The notes under the pieces are model-generated. The model saw only the letters and a program-made list of their open reading frames with translations. It made no database searches and was not told the DNA's origin. A program made the translations under genes and the position numbers. A DNA stretch of 64,000 bases from a virus (lineage: Duplodnaviria; Caudoviricetes), in IMG/VR virus record IMGVR_UViG_3300031992_000007, positions 160,001 through 224,000 of that record; one strand, written 5' to 3'. Positions 19,522-29,342 of the stretch are shown piece by piece (position 1 is the stretch's first letter; each line of letters starts with the position of its first letter).

Positions 19522-20646
19522 TTAGAACGACAGGGAACTCAATGGGTTACCCCATCCAACGGTTCCTCCTGCAGCCCGTAGTCCCCGCATCATCGCAGGA
19601 ACAGCACGAGGGTTGGGAAGAGATGCGCTGAACTTGGAACCCGACATCGAGAAGCGAGTCCGAGCAACACCCTCCATCATCTTGCTGGAGAGAGGAGCTG
19701 GAGCAGACGATGTGCCTGCGGCTGAGAACCTGGACGCAGTCATGACTCCCTTGTCACCGAACGGAGATTCGGACCTGACCGTAGCCGTAGCCACAGTACC
19801 AGAAACACCTTTCTCCTTGATCGGCGAGGAAGAACTGGATGCGTACCACTGCATCGCCTTGTGATAAGCCGCAAGACGACCAGCATGTTCATCGAGCTCC
19901 GCAACCTTCAACTGAACTCCCGTCAACGCCTCATACTTCGACGCGATCCTCTTCAACACGTCCAGAAGAACGTGGAAGATTGCATCCATACGAGGGCATC
20001 CGATCAGAGTCGCTTCATAATAGATTTGCGTCGGTTTGTCAGTCTCGAGCAAATACTTCATGATGTCCCTGATCAGACGGATGGAACTCAGTCTGAGTTT
20101 ACCCTTCATCTTGGTCTCGAACTCTTCTGTGAATACAGAAGATTGCAACTGGGCTGTGTGCTTCTCCCTCTTGTAGAAGATGAAGCCGATCTCAGAACCA
20201 CGAAGCTCGTGATTGTTCAGCTCCTTGACGAACGTCTTGTCCATCCTCTCGATGAACTCGGACATGATGTCCGCTGACTTGAACGACGCGTCCTTCTCTG
20301 TGTTGATGGCATAGTCAGCCATCGACTTCATTGCCTGACGAAGGAGGCAACCAGGAAGAACCTGGAGGAACCCGAAGAACCAATCTTTCTCCGGGTAATA
20401 GCCAACGACCTCTGTGAACGGGTTGACTGCAACCACATCGGGATTGGTCTTCTGGTTTTGTTTGTAAAGACCTATCGCCTTGTTAACTGCATTCTTCCCT
20501 CCGTGTGTACGAACACCGACGAACTCATCGGTGGCTTTGTCTATAACGCGGTTCTCGCTGTCGATGTAGAACACATCGCCTATCTCGATGAGCGTCTTGA
20601 GGAACTCATAGACGTTGTCCGCGTTGAACGTAACTTCTGTTCCCAT
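19522..20646 (-). CDS. Chimalliviridae core protein, phiKZ gp70-like (374 aa)
   Basis: Immediately downstream of picA; size and position match; low-complexity Ser/Gly tail. Confidence 0.6.
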   Translation of the reverse strand: MGTEVTFNADNVYEFLKTLIEIGDVFYIDSENRVIDKATDEFVGVRTHGGKNAVNKAIGLYKQNQKTNPDVVAVNPFTEVVGYYPEKDWFFGFLQVLPGCLLRQAMKSMADYAINTEKDASFKSADIMSEFIERMDKTFVKELNNHELRGSEIGFIFYKREKHTAQLQSSVFTEEFETKMKGKLRLSSIRLIRDIMKYLLETDKPTQIYYEATLIGCPRMDAIFHVLLDVLKRIASKYEALTGVQLKVAELDEHAGRLAAYHKAMQWYASSSSSPIKEKGVSGTVATATVRSESPFGDKGVMTASRFSAAGTSSAPAPLSSKMMEGVARTRFSMSGSKFSASLPNPRAVPAMMRGLRAAGGTVGWGNPLSSLSF

Positions 20647-20664
20647 TTGGTTTATCCTTTCTGA

Positions 20665-22305
20665 TTAGAATGAGAGATCTCCTGCACCGTAGTTGGGAGC
20701 ACTTGCATCAGCAGGTTGTTCTGCGTGCGAGTAGTCTTGAACTTCAGGCGCAGCCTGGTCGATGTCGAATGCTGGATTACCGAGTGCACCGAACTGAGTC
20801 TTGCCTTGGGTGAGCAAGAGCAACTGGCTCAACACATGTCCATTGCCTCTGAATGTGGCAAGATTACCGACACTGGTTGTGGTCACAGCACCCATTCGCA
20901 TAGGCGACTCGATCCACGCATCGGCGGACAGGTTGGTATTCATGTCGAAGTCATCCAGCTGAAGGTTGACTAGACACTCGCCAGTGTTGGAATACCTCAC
21001 AGCAACTGTAAAGTCTCCAACTACAGGAACGATGAACATCGCCACGTTCTTTTCGAACATCATCTTGAACATTTCGACCGCACTCACCAGAGTCTTCTTG
21101 AGCAGCTCAGGATCATTGGGAGGTGACACCAGATAAGTATCTTCAGGTGCGACCTGGAAGGTACTCGGCATCGACTCTTCGAAGGAGGACTTCATTGGAT
21201 CATTTGAAGTATACATGAACGATATGGACGATAGTCCTGTATCCATCGCAAGACCTATGATTGAACTCCCAATGAACGACGAGTACGCGACCTTGGGATT
21301 CTCCAAGTTCTGCGGCACTACTTCGTATTGTGCAGTCGGACTGACTCTCTGAACTTTTATCTTGAGACCGTTGTTATACATCCGATCGAGTTCGCCGATG
21401 GATATCAACTTGGTGACATCGATACCGTTTGTCTGTGGACGGCATCCCATCGAGAGCTGTGACATCTTGTTCGTGAACCCGGTCTTGTATTGGTCGAGAT
21501 CGTCTGCAGGCGACAACGTATCCAGACTGCTGAGCCCGTCTGGAGAGAACTCAGAAGCTTTCGCTTCCTTGTTCTGAGTATCAAGACCCTTGAGGATCTT
21601 GCTCATGTGAACACCTGGAGTCTTGAGTGCAACCGGAACAGGATTTCTGTTCATTGCAGCGATGGCACACTGTTGCTCCTGGGACATTGCAATATCACCA
21701 TCGTCGAAGTACTCGAGAACAGTGAACGGTGTAGTCAAGAACAACTGTTGATTGTTTGAACCGAGTTCTATCGACGGATCGATGATATCCTCGGCTGCCA
21801 TGATCCTCTGCTTTTGATACATTCCACCCGCACCTGCCTGCAGGTTAGACCTCATCAACTGACGGCTGTGAACCAGCAGCTGACAATTCTCGTTGATCGA
21901 ACCCATCGGTCCAACGGGCTCGTCGAGACACTGACCCGTCATGATCGTGGTAATAAAACCCGACGACTGAATAGCCAAACTCTTGTAGTTGTTCGGCTGT
22001 CTGATGAACAAGAGGAACGTCCACATCGTCGATGCAACATCCATGCTCAGGTTCACACCTTGGGGATGAGGCCGGATACATCCAGCCACTTCCTCTTTAC
22101 TTGCGATATCCTGTCGCTTGAAAGCGTCGGACATAACTCCTTCGCCAGCACCAAGTAATGTGTCAACAGCCTCATTCGTGAACTGATACACATACGGCCT
22201 CATGACCTGATCTCCGTAGATCCTCGGGGTGTAGAGAAACAGAATAGCTATTGGCTTATTCGGATTCTCCGCACCAGGGATAAACGGATTCATGTTATCC
22301 ATCAT
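20665..22305 (-). CDS. picA: Phage-nucleus protein import factor PicA/Imp1 (phiKZ gp69-like)
   Basis: Position between gp68-like and gp70-like genes; N-terminal YGDQVMRPY, WTFLL and IMTG...GSINENC motifs match my recollection of the gp69 family. Confidence 0.7.
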   Translation of the reverse strand: MMDNMNPFIPGAENPNKPIAILFLYTPRIYGDQVMRPYVYQFTNEAVDTLLGAGEGVMSDAFKRQDIASKEEVAGCIRPHPQGVNLSMDVASTMWTFLLFIRQPNNYKSLAIQSSGFITTIMTGQCLDEPVGPMGSINENCQLLVHSRQLMRSNLQAGAGGMYQKQRIMAAEDIIDPSIELGSNNQQLFLTTPFTVLEYFDDGDIAMSQEQQCAIAAMNRNPVPVALKTPGVHMSKILKGLDTQNKEAKASEFSPDGLSSLDTLSPADDLDQYKTGFTNKMSQLSMGCRPQTNGIDVTKLISIGELDRMYNNGLKIKVQRVSPTAQYEVVPQNLENPKVAYSSFIGSSIIGLAMDTGLSSISFMYTSNDPMKSSFEESMPSTFQVAPEDTYLVSPPNDPELLKKTLVSAVEMFKMMFEKNVAMFIVPVVGDFTVAVRYSNTGECLVNLQLDDFDMNTNLSADAWIESPMRMGAVTTTSVGNLATFRGNGHVLSQLLLLTQGKTQFGALGNPAFDIDQAAPEVQDYSHAEQPADASAPNYGAGDLSF

Positions 22306-22329
22306 CTTTCTAACCTCCTGAAGTTTGTT

Positions 22330-23577
22330 TTAACTCAAAGTGAACAGCGGAACCTGGTAGTCTCTGATCAATGAACGTGAACACAATGCGTGTACCGACA
22401 AGTCAACGTAGTAACGTTTGCACTTATCGTTCGCATACCTAAAGGTAATATATACTTCTTCCGCCCACGAGCGCGCTACGTGTACAGAAACTACGTTCTG
22501 CAACTTGAGCTCTCGGATTTGGTGGATGACTTTCTTTACCACGGTATCTTCCGCCTGAGTGTGGTCAGCACCAAGCGTACGACTTTGGATGTTCATGTCA
22601 AACGGATTATACCTACGGAAATAACCCGGTTGTACTGAGCTTACTGCAAGTTCGAATTCACCATAGGGTATTGCTTCGATGTACTCAATTATCGAGAACA
22701 CATCGCGGTCATCATTTCTCTCGACATTGATCTCCGTGTCACTTGGAAGTGGCTCCATCATGAATCCACGCTGGAAACAGTGAAGACCAAAACTAGGACT
22801 AATGAGATACATGATCTCTTTCAGAAGAACTGGACCCCACAGTAACAGTTTGAGAACTGCACATGTCGAGAGAGGTGAAGTATCAGTCCACTTTTCGGGA
22901 AGCTCAGCACCTCTAAGAACATCTATTGGGTCAGGTCTGTACCAATCATCTTCGAACGCGTAAATGTCCGACAGTGCTCTTATGTTCGCACCGATCGTCA
23001 GGTAAAGATCCTGTCCGTTCACCTCAGGTTTGAACTCACTTATTCTGACGATGTCATCTCTGGATGGATAGTTGACGAGCAGCTTGACTATTTCTGGACT
23101 CGGATAGAACATCAAGTTATTGAACGCTCCAAGTTCATCTGCGATGGCAGCTTCGATTGGAACGTCCTTTGTCTCATCTATCTCGAACCTCATGAGAGCT
23201 CGTACATTTTCCCACAGGATGTACTTTCTTCGTTTGTACGTTTTGGGGTCGGTTACTGCAACCCACAGACAGTAGAGTAAAGTCTTCTTCGATTTCCCAA
23301 TGTGCAATACATCAATGGGTGACTCGGATAGACAGAAGTACTCCACTATTCCGTGGATTGTATTCTCGATCAGCTTGAACCTGAACCAAGTATCGACACC
23401 TGTCGGAACATCCGTCTCGGCACCGAACTCAATGAACATGTCATCAGAGGGCGATTCGAACCCGTATACCCTTTGAATGTTGGATATAGGAGGACAACAG
23501 GATACCTCTGACGATACCTCGGCCGTTCGTTTGAACTGTTTGAGCCTTCTTGGTAGAAGGACTATATCGTCGATCAT
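22330..23577 (-). CDS. Hypothetical protein, paralog of 23587-24780, possible divergent PicA paralog
   Basis: Shares GVxxWFx(F/Y)KL and V.V.RS..E(E/D)V.IT...Y.DL.....S..LI with its neighbour. Confidence 0.6.
   Translation of the reverse strand: MIDDIVLLPRRLKQFKRTAEVSSEVSCCPPISNIQRVYGFESPSDDMFIEFGAETDVPTGVDTWFRFKLIENTIHGIVEYFCLSESPIDVLHIGKSKKTLLYCLWVAVTDPKTYKRRKYILWENVRALMRFEIDETKDVPIEAAIADELGAFNNLMFYPSPEIVKLLVNYPSRDDIVRISEFKPEVNGQDLYLTIGANIRALSDIYAFEDDWYRPDPIDVLRGAELPEKWTDTSPLSTCAVLKLLLWGPVLLKEIMYLISPSFGLHCFQRGFMMEPLPSDTEINVERNDDRDVFSIIEYIEAIPYGEFELAVSSVQPGYFRRYNPFDMNIQSRTLGADHTQAEDTVVKKVIHQIRELKLQNVVSVHVARSWAEEVYITFRYANDKCKRYYVDLSVHALCSRSLIRDYQVPLFTLS
22445..22452 (-). promoter_or_regulatory. 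Early promoter TATATTAC upstream of picA (inside the preceding gene)
   Basis: Exact match 140 nt upstream of the picA start. Confidence 0.55.
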
Positions 23578-23586
23578 GTTTTCTCC

Positions 23587-24780
23587 TTAAAGGTAAGTAC
23601 GATCAATCAGACCATGACTTGAAGCCATGATCCACCAGACGAGGTCGATATATCCATACACATCTCCCGTTTCGAGATCAGTGATAGACACATCTTCCAT
23701 ACAAGATCTATGGACTCGTACCTTTTTACCATTGCCTAGACCTATGCACTTCAGGTAGAGATGCAGAAGATCTTTAGCTACTGGCGAAACGCTCGGCATC
23801 GACTTGTTGAACTGGGTGTCAGTGTATACATGTGTCACGTATGTGTCAGGGATAGTTGGATGAGGGTCGTTCATGTCAACGTCGAAGTAGAAGTCATCGT
23901 ACTGCTGCAAGAACATCGCGATCATCTTACCCATGAAGTATGTATTAGTTGGATGAATGCATAACGCATACGACGAAACAACTTTGTTACAAACCTCATC
24001 CCAGTTCTTCATCGAAGCTACGACCGCATTCCGCACGTTGTCGGTCTTGTCCAAAAACTCGTTTATGTACGGCTGAATTTCTCCCCAGGATACTGCATGC
24101 GCTACTTTAAGAAATGTATCAGGATAAACCGCAATGTTGTTGATAGTAGCGAACTTATTTACAAGTGCCGCAAGTTTGACATTGTTCTCCATGTCGCGGA
24201 TGCGACCACTAACCATGTTGTTCATCTGCTCTAGACTGTAGTCCACATCAGCTGGAGAGAACCCACTCTTAGCCAACTCTATACCTTCAGTTAAGAACAC
24301 ATCCGGTGGAGGGTGACCTGTATTGAGAGTGTAGTTTTCAGACAGGAAGTCCAGAGGGGAGATAATTTCTCCTGCTGCGTAGAAGTCATTAGTCCTCAAA
24401 AGTCTTTCGATACTCTTGGTGAACAGGACTGTCATGCCACAGCAGTGTCCGTAGATCGGATAGATTACATTGGAGTAGTGGGTATCGTAGTTATCGAGAT
24501 TGATCTCTGTGCTCGAAACGATGACGATCTCCGACTCGCTCATGCATGCATTTGGATCGCTCAGGAACATCTTTGCTTGATCCTTGAGATCGTTGAACGT
24601 ATCTTGCATGACGAGTTTGTATTTGAACCATCGCCTTACACCCAGACTGAACTCTCTACCGACAGAGTATGAAGCCGCACCGGAATCAAAACCATCGATA
24701 GGATCTATTCCTAACAACTGATCGGTGTTGTCCAGGAAAGCCTGGGTGAAGTTAGGTAGAGGGATCACTGCTGTTATCAT
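23587..24780 (-). CDS. Hypothetical protein, possible divergent PicA paralog
   Basis: Start revised to 24780 (AAGGAG). Several short motifs are collinear with PicA (see findings). Confidence 0.6.
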   Translation of the reverse strand: MITAVIPLPNFTQAFLDNTDQLLGIDPIDGFDSGAASYSVGREFSLGVRRWFKYKLVMQDTFNDLKDQAKMFLSDPNACMSESEIVIVSSTEINLDNYDTHYSNVIYPIYGHCCGMTVLFTKSIERLLRTNDFYAAGEIISPLDFLSENYTLNTGHPPPDVFLTEGIELAKSGFSPADVDYSLEQMNNMVSGRIRDMENNVKLAALVNKFATINNIAVYPDTFLKVAHAVSWGEIQPYINEFLDKTDNVRNAVVASMKNWDEVCNKVVSSYALCIHPTNTYFMGKMIAMFLQQYDDFYFDVDMNDPHPTIPDTYVTHVYTDTQFNKSMPSVSPVAKDLLHLYLKCIGLGNGKKVRVHRSCMEDVSITDLETGDVYGYIDLVWWIMASSHGLIDRTYL

Positions 24781-24809
24781 ATTCCTCTCCTTATGGAAAT
24801 AAAGGTTAA

Positions 24810-24839
24810 CCTCCACGACTCTCTAAGGAGTCGTGGAGG
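24810..24839 (-). terminator. Terminator-like hairpin after the sigma-like subunit
   Basis: cctccacgactc / gagtcgtggagg perfect 12-bp stem. Confidence 0.6.
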
Positions 24840-24844
24840 GTAGA

Positions 24845-26527
24845 TCAGAATGCTTCTGAATCGAATACGCTGACCAACTTGCACGCATCCTCAGTGATTT
24901 CCACTGTTGGGATGATCTCCTCGCCATTGTGGATGAACGAACCGATGGGCTCGGTACTTCCAGGAGGAGTGAGCTCAAGAATGTAGTCCGGCACGTTAGC
25001 CGTATACTTGACAGTCGCAAGGTCGTTGATGAGTTCCTCCATCTGCATATCCCAGGCACGCTCACGCACGCTCTTGGTAACATCCAGATAGATATCTCCG
25101 CTATCACCAGTTGCGAATCTGGAACGACAGTCGATGTAGTTCGGCCTGGTAGGAGCCATGCGCTTGAACAGATCTTCATTCTTACCGAGCGTCAGTCGGA
25201 CGTTATTGGTCTTCGTTGCAGTCAGTGCCACCATGAGAGGATACATACCCATACTCAAGGCAATTAGCTGCAACATCACGATCAATTGGGTATACGCCTT
25301 GGTGTCGATGATGTCGATACCACGACCTCCACCCATAGCCCGTCCGAACACAACCGTAGCCACATACCTGTTGAGAGGTGTCTGATAGCACGGATGCCCG
25401 TTCAGGAAGTAGTTCAAACAAGCATCGAACTCGTCCTTGGTGATGTCGTACATGACACGATAGTCGTCGATGATCGAGTTGATCGAATCCTCGATGATCA
25501 GTTCCGTATCGACCGTACCATCACTTACAAGAGAGTCGATCTCGATCTGAGCCATCTTACCGCCATCATCTCCGGATAGCATGGAACCAGGGGCATTCCT
25601 CAGTTTGACCTGGGCTTGCTTGGCTTTGGAGTCCTGAGTCTGGACAAGGGTTCTTGTCATCGTGTCGGTATACCGGATGATATTCGACTCTGGCTGTTCG
25701 AGGTTGCAAAGTACGAAGTTCCTAACCATCAACGAAGACATGATCGCTGCGACACGAGTGCTTGGAGTGTGACCAGCGAATACCGGAGCAACATTGTTCT
25801 CCGTGTTCTTGTCACACATACCCTTGACGATGTGTCCGATATAGAACTCGAGCCTACCTATCAGTGCAGGGAAATAGTTCGCCTGGATGGTAGACAGGAA
25901 CCACGAACACCTGGATTCCCTCTGGCGCGGATGCTTGCGAGACCTGTCGCGATCTCCAGCCGGAAGGTTGTTGATCAGCTCGCCGAAGATCGGCGTCGCC
26001 AGTTTGCAGAACATAGCCAGAACCATGGTCTGCCTGATTTCAGGTTCTTTGAATGTCAATTCAGGAGTATCCTGAGGACGGTCTCCGAACGTAGACGTAT
26101 CCTGAAGCTGAATGGTTGAAGCATACTCAGAGAACAGGTCATAAAGCTTGACCTTGTTACACATGTCGTAATACTGCTTACCGAGTTCCTCTACGCACTG
26201 GATGAACACCATAGGTGCCCGCATCTCAGGAACTTCAGCCATCTTCTTCGGCAACGACTCTCTGATGGTGTAGCAAGCACTGCCGAAATACTTGGCTACT
26301 TCGATCTTGTTCTCAGGACTGAGCTTGTTGAGAGCCCAGTTGGTGATCTTGAAGATGTACTCGAAACCTTCGGTCTTCTTACCAGGTTCGTACACCTGGA
26401 TGCTGTTGAACATCGAGCAGTTGAAGATGAGGTAGGGTTTGAGAACCTCTTTGTGCTCGAAGTCAATGTCATCTATGTTAAGTTGAACTTTGTTGCTGCC
26501 GTTAACTGCGACGCATTCGAACTTCAT
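24845..26527 (-). CDS. Non-virion RNA polymerase sigma-like subunit (phiKZ gp68-like)
   Basis: 560 aa, helical, directly downstream of ChmC; motif TFKEPEIRQTMVLAMFCKLATPIFGELI; core-block synteny. Confidence 0.7.
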   Translation of the reverse strand: MKFECVAVNGSNKVQLNIDDIDFEHKEVLKPYLIFNCSMFNSIQVYEPGKKTEGFEYIFKITNWALNKLSPENKIEVAKYFGSACYTIRESLPKKMAEVPEMRAPMVFIQCVEELGKQYYDMCNKVKLYDLFSEYASTIQLQDTSTFGDRPQDTPELTFKEPEIRQTMVLAMFCKLATPIFGELINNLPAGDRDRSRKHPRQRESRCSWFLSTIQANYFPALIGRLEFYIGHIVKGMCDKNTENNVAPVFAGHTPSTRVAAIMSSLMVRNFVLCNLEQPESNIIRYTDTMTRTLVQTQDSKAKQAQVKLRNAPGSMLSGDDGGKMAQIEIDSLVSDGTVDTELIIEDSINSIIDDYRVMYDITKDEFDACLNYFLNGHPCYQTPLNRYVATVVFGRAMGGGRGIDIIDTKAYTQLIVMLQLIALSMGMYPLMVALTATKTNNVRLTLGKNEDLFKRMAPTRPNYIDCRSRFATGDSGDIYLDVTKSVRERAWDMQMEELINDLATVKYTANVPDYILELTPPGSTEPIGSFIHNGEEIIPTVEITEDACKLVSVFDSEAF

Positions 26528-26582
26528 GATTTTGCTTTTCCTTTCTGAGGTTTATAGAACGTAACGCAATCTATCCAACTAA

Positions 26583-26590
26583 GTAATATA
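26583..26590 (-). promoter_or_regulatory. Early promoter TATATTAC
   Basis: Exact match in the intergenic region upstream of the gp68-like gene. Confidence 0.7.
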
Positions 26591-26675
26591 TCTACAAAGC
26601 AACAACCGAAAAAGAATAAGCACCTGTACTGCATGAAGCAGTACAGGGCTTAACAGAGTGCATGTAGTTCGCGAC

Positions 26676-27332
26676 TTAGAACGGGAGATCGTCAGGATTC
26701 GATGCGAATTCGTTTGTGGGCTGCGGGGGCGGAGGATTGCCACCTCCACCGTTCCTGGGCTGGTAACCTCCTGTGGGACGATTACCCCCACGCTGGAAGT
26801 TGCCACGACCACCGCGCTGTGCATTCGGATCGTACGGCTTGATGGTAGCGATGTACCACCTCTGCACCTGGGTGAACCAGTCAATAAGATCCTGAAGCAT
26901 GTCGGCTGAGCAGTCTGCTTCACTCATCGGGTCAGAACCGATCTGGACGGACTGAGAACCGTTTAGAGCGAACGTGAACGTCCTGCCACCATTGCTTGCA
27001 TCCGTGAGATGAATGCGATAGCACATCTTGGCGTCCTTCTCGAGAACGAGTACCCAGACAAGCTTCCTCTGCTTCGACTGCATGTCGAACGTGGTGAACT
27101 TGCAAGGGAGCTTAGTCTCAGGCGGGCAGGTGAGAAGCTTCTCAGCCATCTTCTTGATCTTGCGGAACAGAGAGGCGCGATCAAGCTTCTTCAAAAACAA
27201 CGGCGGCGCATTCTTGTCACCACCACGACCACGAACACGGACGTAGACTTTGCCGTCGTACAATCCGAGGATGAGTGTCTGACCAGCCTGGCGATCCATC
27301 ACCGCCCAGTCAGGGAACCTTATGTCGAGCAT
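26676..27332 (-). CDS. chmC: ChmC-like nucleic-acid-binding protein (phiKZ gp67-like)
   Basis: Alpha/beta core plus a disordered RGG/Gly/Asn-rich tail ending DDLPF; immediately upstream of the gp68-like gene. Confidence 0.7.
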   Translation of the reverse strand: MLDIRFPDWAVMDRQAGQTLILGLYDGKVYVRVRGRGGDKNAPPLFLKKLDRASLFRKIKKMAEKLLTCPPETKLPCKFTTFDMQSKQRKLVWVLVLEKDAKMCYRIHLTDASNGGRTFTFALNGSQSVQIGSDPMSEADCSADMLQDLIDWFTQVQRWYIATIKPYDPNAQRGGRGNFQRGGNRPTGGYQPRNGGGGNPPPPQPTNEFASNPDDLPF

Positions 27333-27347
27333 GTTATTTCTCCTTTG

Positions 27348-28199
27348 TTAATCAAGTGAATAAGGAAGAGGGAATGAATTTCTACGGATCTTCTCCGTCA
27401 CGAAATTATTCGTGTGCATTATCATCCTTTCGGATTTGCACAAATCCATAAACCGTTTCTTGTCCTGTTTCTCAAGAACACCTTTGACGAGGTACTTGTC
27501 TCCAAGTAGAACGTGGGTTATTGGATAGAATGGGACGTCAGTGTTTTTGAATACTACTGGCGCTAGAGAAGACGGTTCAAGTTTGACTTTAGCTCCAGTA
27601 TGACTTCTGAAGAGGAACCCTGGTCTACCTGTGCCAGTGCAGCTATGATAGTCCATGGGCATGTGAGAAAGAAGCAGAAGAGGAACGTCCTTCTGGACGA
27701 GCTTCTCAACCACATCCCTTATTCCTTTATAAGAAGGAACTCGCATCTGAGGAGCCATCCTCACATGAGCCTCAACATTCCCTTCTTTCTGGTCACCAAC
27801 AGAGAGTGACCTGAGTAGAAGTCTGAGTGCGTTGTTAGTCACAATTGCCGAGGCGCTATTAGACACCCTTCTGAAGTTGCTGCTAACAGCCTTCGAGTTG
27901 TCCACATAGTAGAAAAGGATGTGATGCTTGTTCTGCGCCCACCTTTGTCCACAGATGTAGGCAATCTCGTTGGCTATGAGAGACATCGTCTTCTTAACCT
28001 CAGCTACAGCATCCTCAGGTTTGACGTGAGTTGTATCTGCAGCGTTCCGAACAAGAGTCTCGATGTTGATAGCAAGCATGACCACATAGTTCGAAGGAGC
28101 TTCGTTTAGATAACCGATGATCGCATCAAGAGCCTCAGTTGTGCCGTAACCAGCACGCCCTTTTTCGGCCTTGTCCTCTGGTTTCATAGGTTCTGCCAT
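27348..28199 (-). CDS. phiKZ gp66-like protein (PIN/5'-nuclease-like)
   Basis: GYGTTEAL, LAINIETLVRN, LLSHMPMD, SHTG and VPFYPITHVLLGD motifs; start revised to 28199 (AGGAGG). Confidence 0.6.
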   Translation of the reverse strand: MAEPMKPEDKAEKGRAGYGTTEALDAIIGYLNEAPSNYVVMLAINIETLVRNAADTTHVKPEDAVAEVKKTMSLIANEIAYICGQRWAQNKHHILFYYVDNSKAVSSNFRRVSNSASAIVTNNALRLLLRSLSVGDQKEGNVEAHVRMAPQMRVPSYKGIRDVVEKLVQKDVPLLLLSHMPMDYHSCTGTGRPGFLFRSHTGAKVKLEPSSLAPVVFKNTDVPFYPITHVLLGDKYLVKGVLEKQDKKRFMDLCKSERMIMHTNNFVTEKIRRNSFPLPYSLD

Positions 28200-28209
28200 A
28201 GATAACCTC

Positions 28210-29331
28210 CTACTTGGTTTCTGCAACTGTCGAAATTACAGTGTGAAGATCTGCTGGACTGATTTTGTGAGACCTTCTCTCTATTATCGGCATCAATAGT
28301 GTTTCGATATTCCCTGGTGTAATGACAGGTAATTCTTCTAGACACGTGTTGACGTTCTCGAGTATCTGGTCTCGTTTAACAGTCTTAGCAGCATCAACTA
28401 TCGACCACTTCCAGATTTCTCTGGCAGCCGTTCGACAAGCATCGTTGATTGTTTTATCATCTGTCTTAACTCGAACGTGTACCCACTCACCTTCAGCGAA
28501 AGTAGATGCTAGTTTTGTCCACTTCTTACAGAAGAACTGAAGTGCAGCTTCCTTATCCTCACCAAAACCCAGAAGGTCTACCGTGATGAATTTGTTAGCT
28601 TCCTTGTTCTCTATGAAGTTGAACTTGTACTTATCATCATCGATGTCGATCTGGTAGAAACCCTTAGGACCATCTTCATCGTGTGCAAGACGGTCAAAAG
28701 ACCCTATGGAGATAACATTCCTGAAGATGGAAGAACGATGTACGTGTCCATTCAGCACACACCCTTTGATGTACTTCTGGATAATATCCACATCCAGAGC
28801 ATCCTTATCCGGTTTAACTCCAGGTGGGAACATGTGGATGAAATACCCATGATGGACAAGGATATCTGCCTTCTCGACATTGTGAGCCTTAAGCAGTTCA
28901 GCTATATCAGCATATATGTCTTTAGAACCATGGTCGTCCGGAATGTACACGATGTTCAGTCCGGACTTCTCATGATACTCGAAGGAGATTTTGTCGAACA
29001 TTTTAACAGATGTGTCGTTCGGATCTTCCCTGTGAACGAAGTGAAGAGGCTGGTCTCTATCGTGGGAATAGGTTCCTCTTAACACTCTGAGGTCACATCC
29101 TACTTTCCGACACAGCATCTTGAGCTCCTTGATGATCATCAACGCTTCTCTAGACGAAGGGTTGCTCAAGTTGATCAGAGTGTCGAAGAAGTCCCCGCAG
29201 ATAAAAAGAATACTGATATCTTTGGTGATCCTTGGATAAACGTACTTAATAAGTCGTTCATGAAGAAGAAAGGGATCGAGTCTCGGACACCCGATGTGGA
29301 CATCCGAGATCGCAAGAACTGATGTGTGCAT
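28210..29331 (-). CDS. sbcD: Mre11/SbcD-like metallophosphoesterase nuclease (phiKZ gp65-like)
   Basis: Motifs SDVHIG, GDFFD, GTYSHD, HHG, NGHVH and GSFDRL. Confidence 0.88.
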   Translation of the reverse strand: MHTSVLAISDVHIGCPRLDPFLLHERLIKYVYPRITKDISILFICGDFFDTLINLSNPSSREALMIIKELKMLCRKVGCDLRVLRGTYSHDRDQPLHFVHREDPNDTSVKMFDKISFEYHEKSGLNIVYIPDDHGSKDIYADIAELLKAHNVEKADILVHHGYFIHMFPPGVKPDKDALDVDIIQKYIKGCVLNGHVHRSSIFRNVISIGSFDRLAHDEDGPKGFYQIDIDDDKYKFNFIENKEANKFITVDLLGFGEDKEAALQFFCKKWTKLASTFAEGEWVHVRVKTDDKTINDACRTAAREIWKWSIVDAAKTVKRDQILENVNTCLEELPVITPGNIETLLMPIIERRSHKISPADLHTVISTVAETK

Positions 29332-29342
29332 CAGGAACCTCC

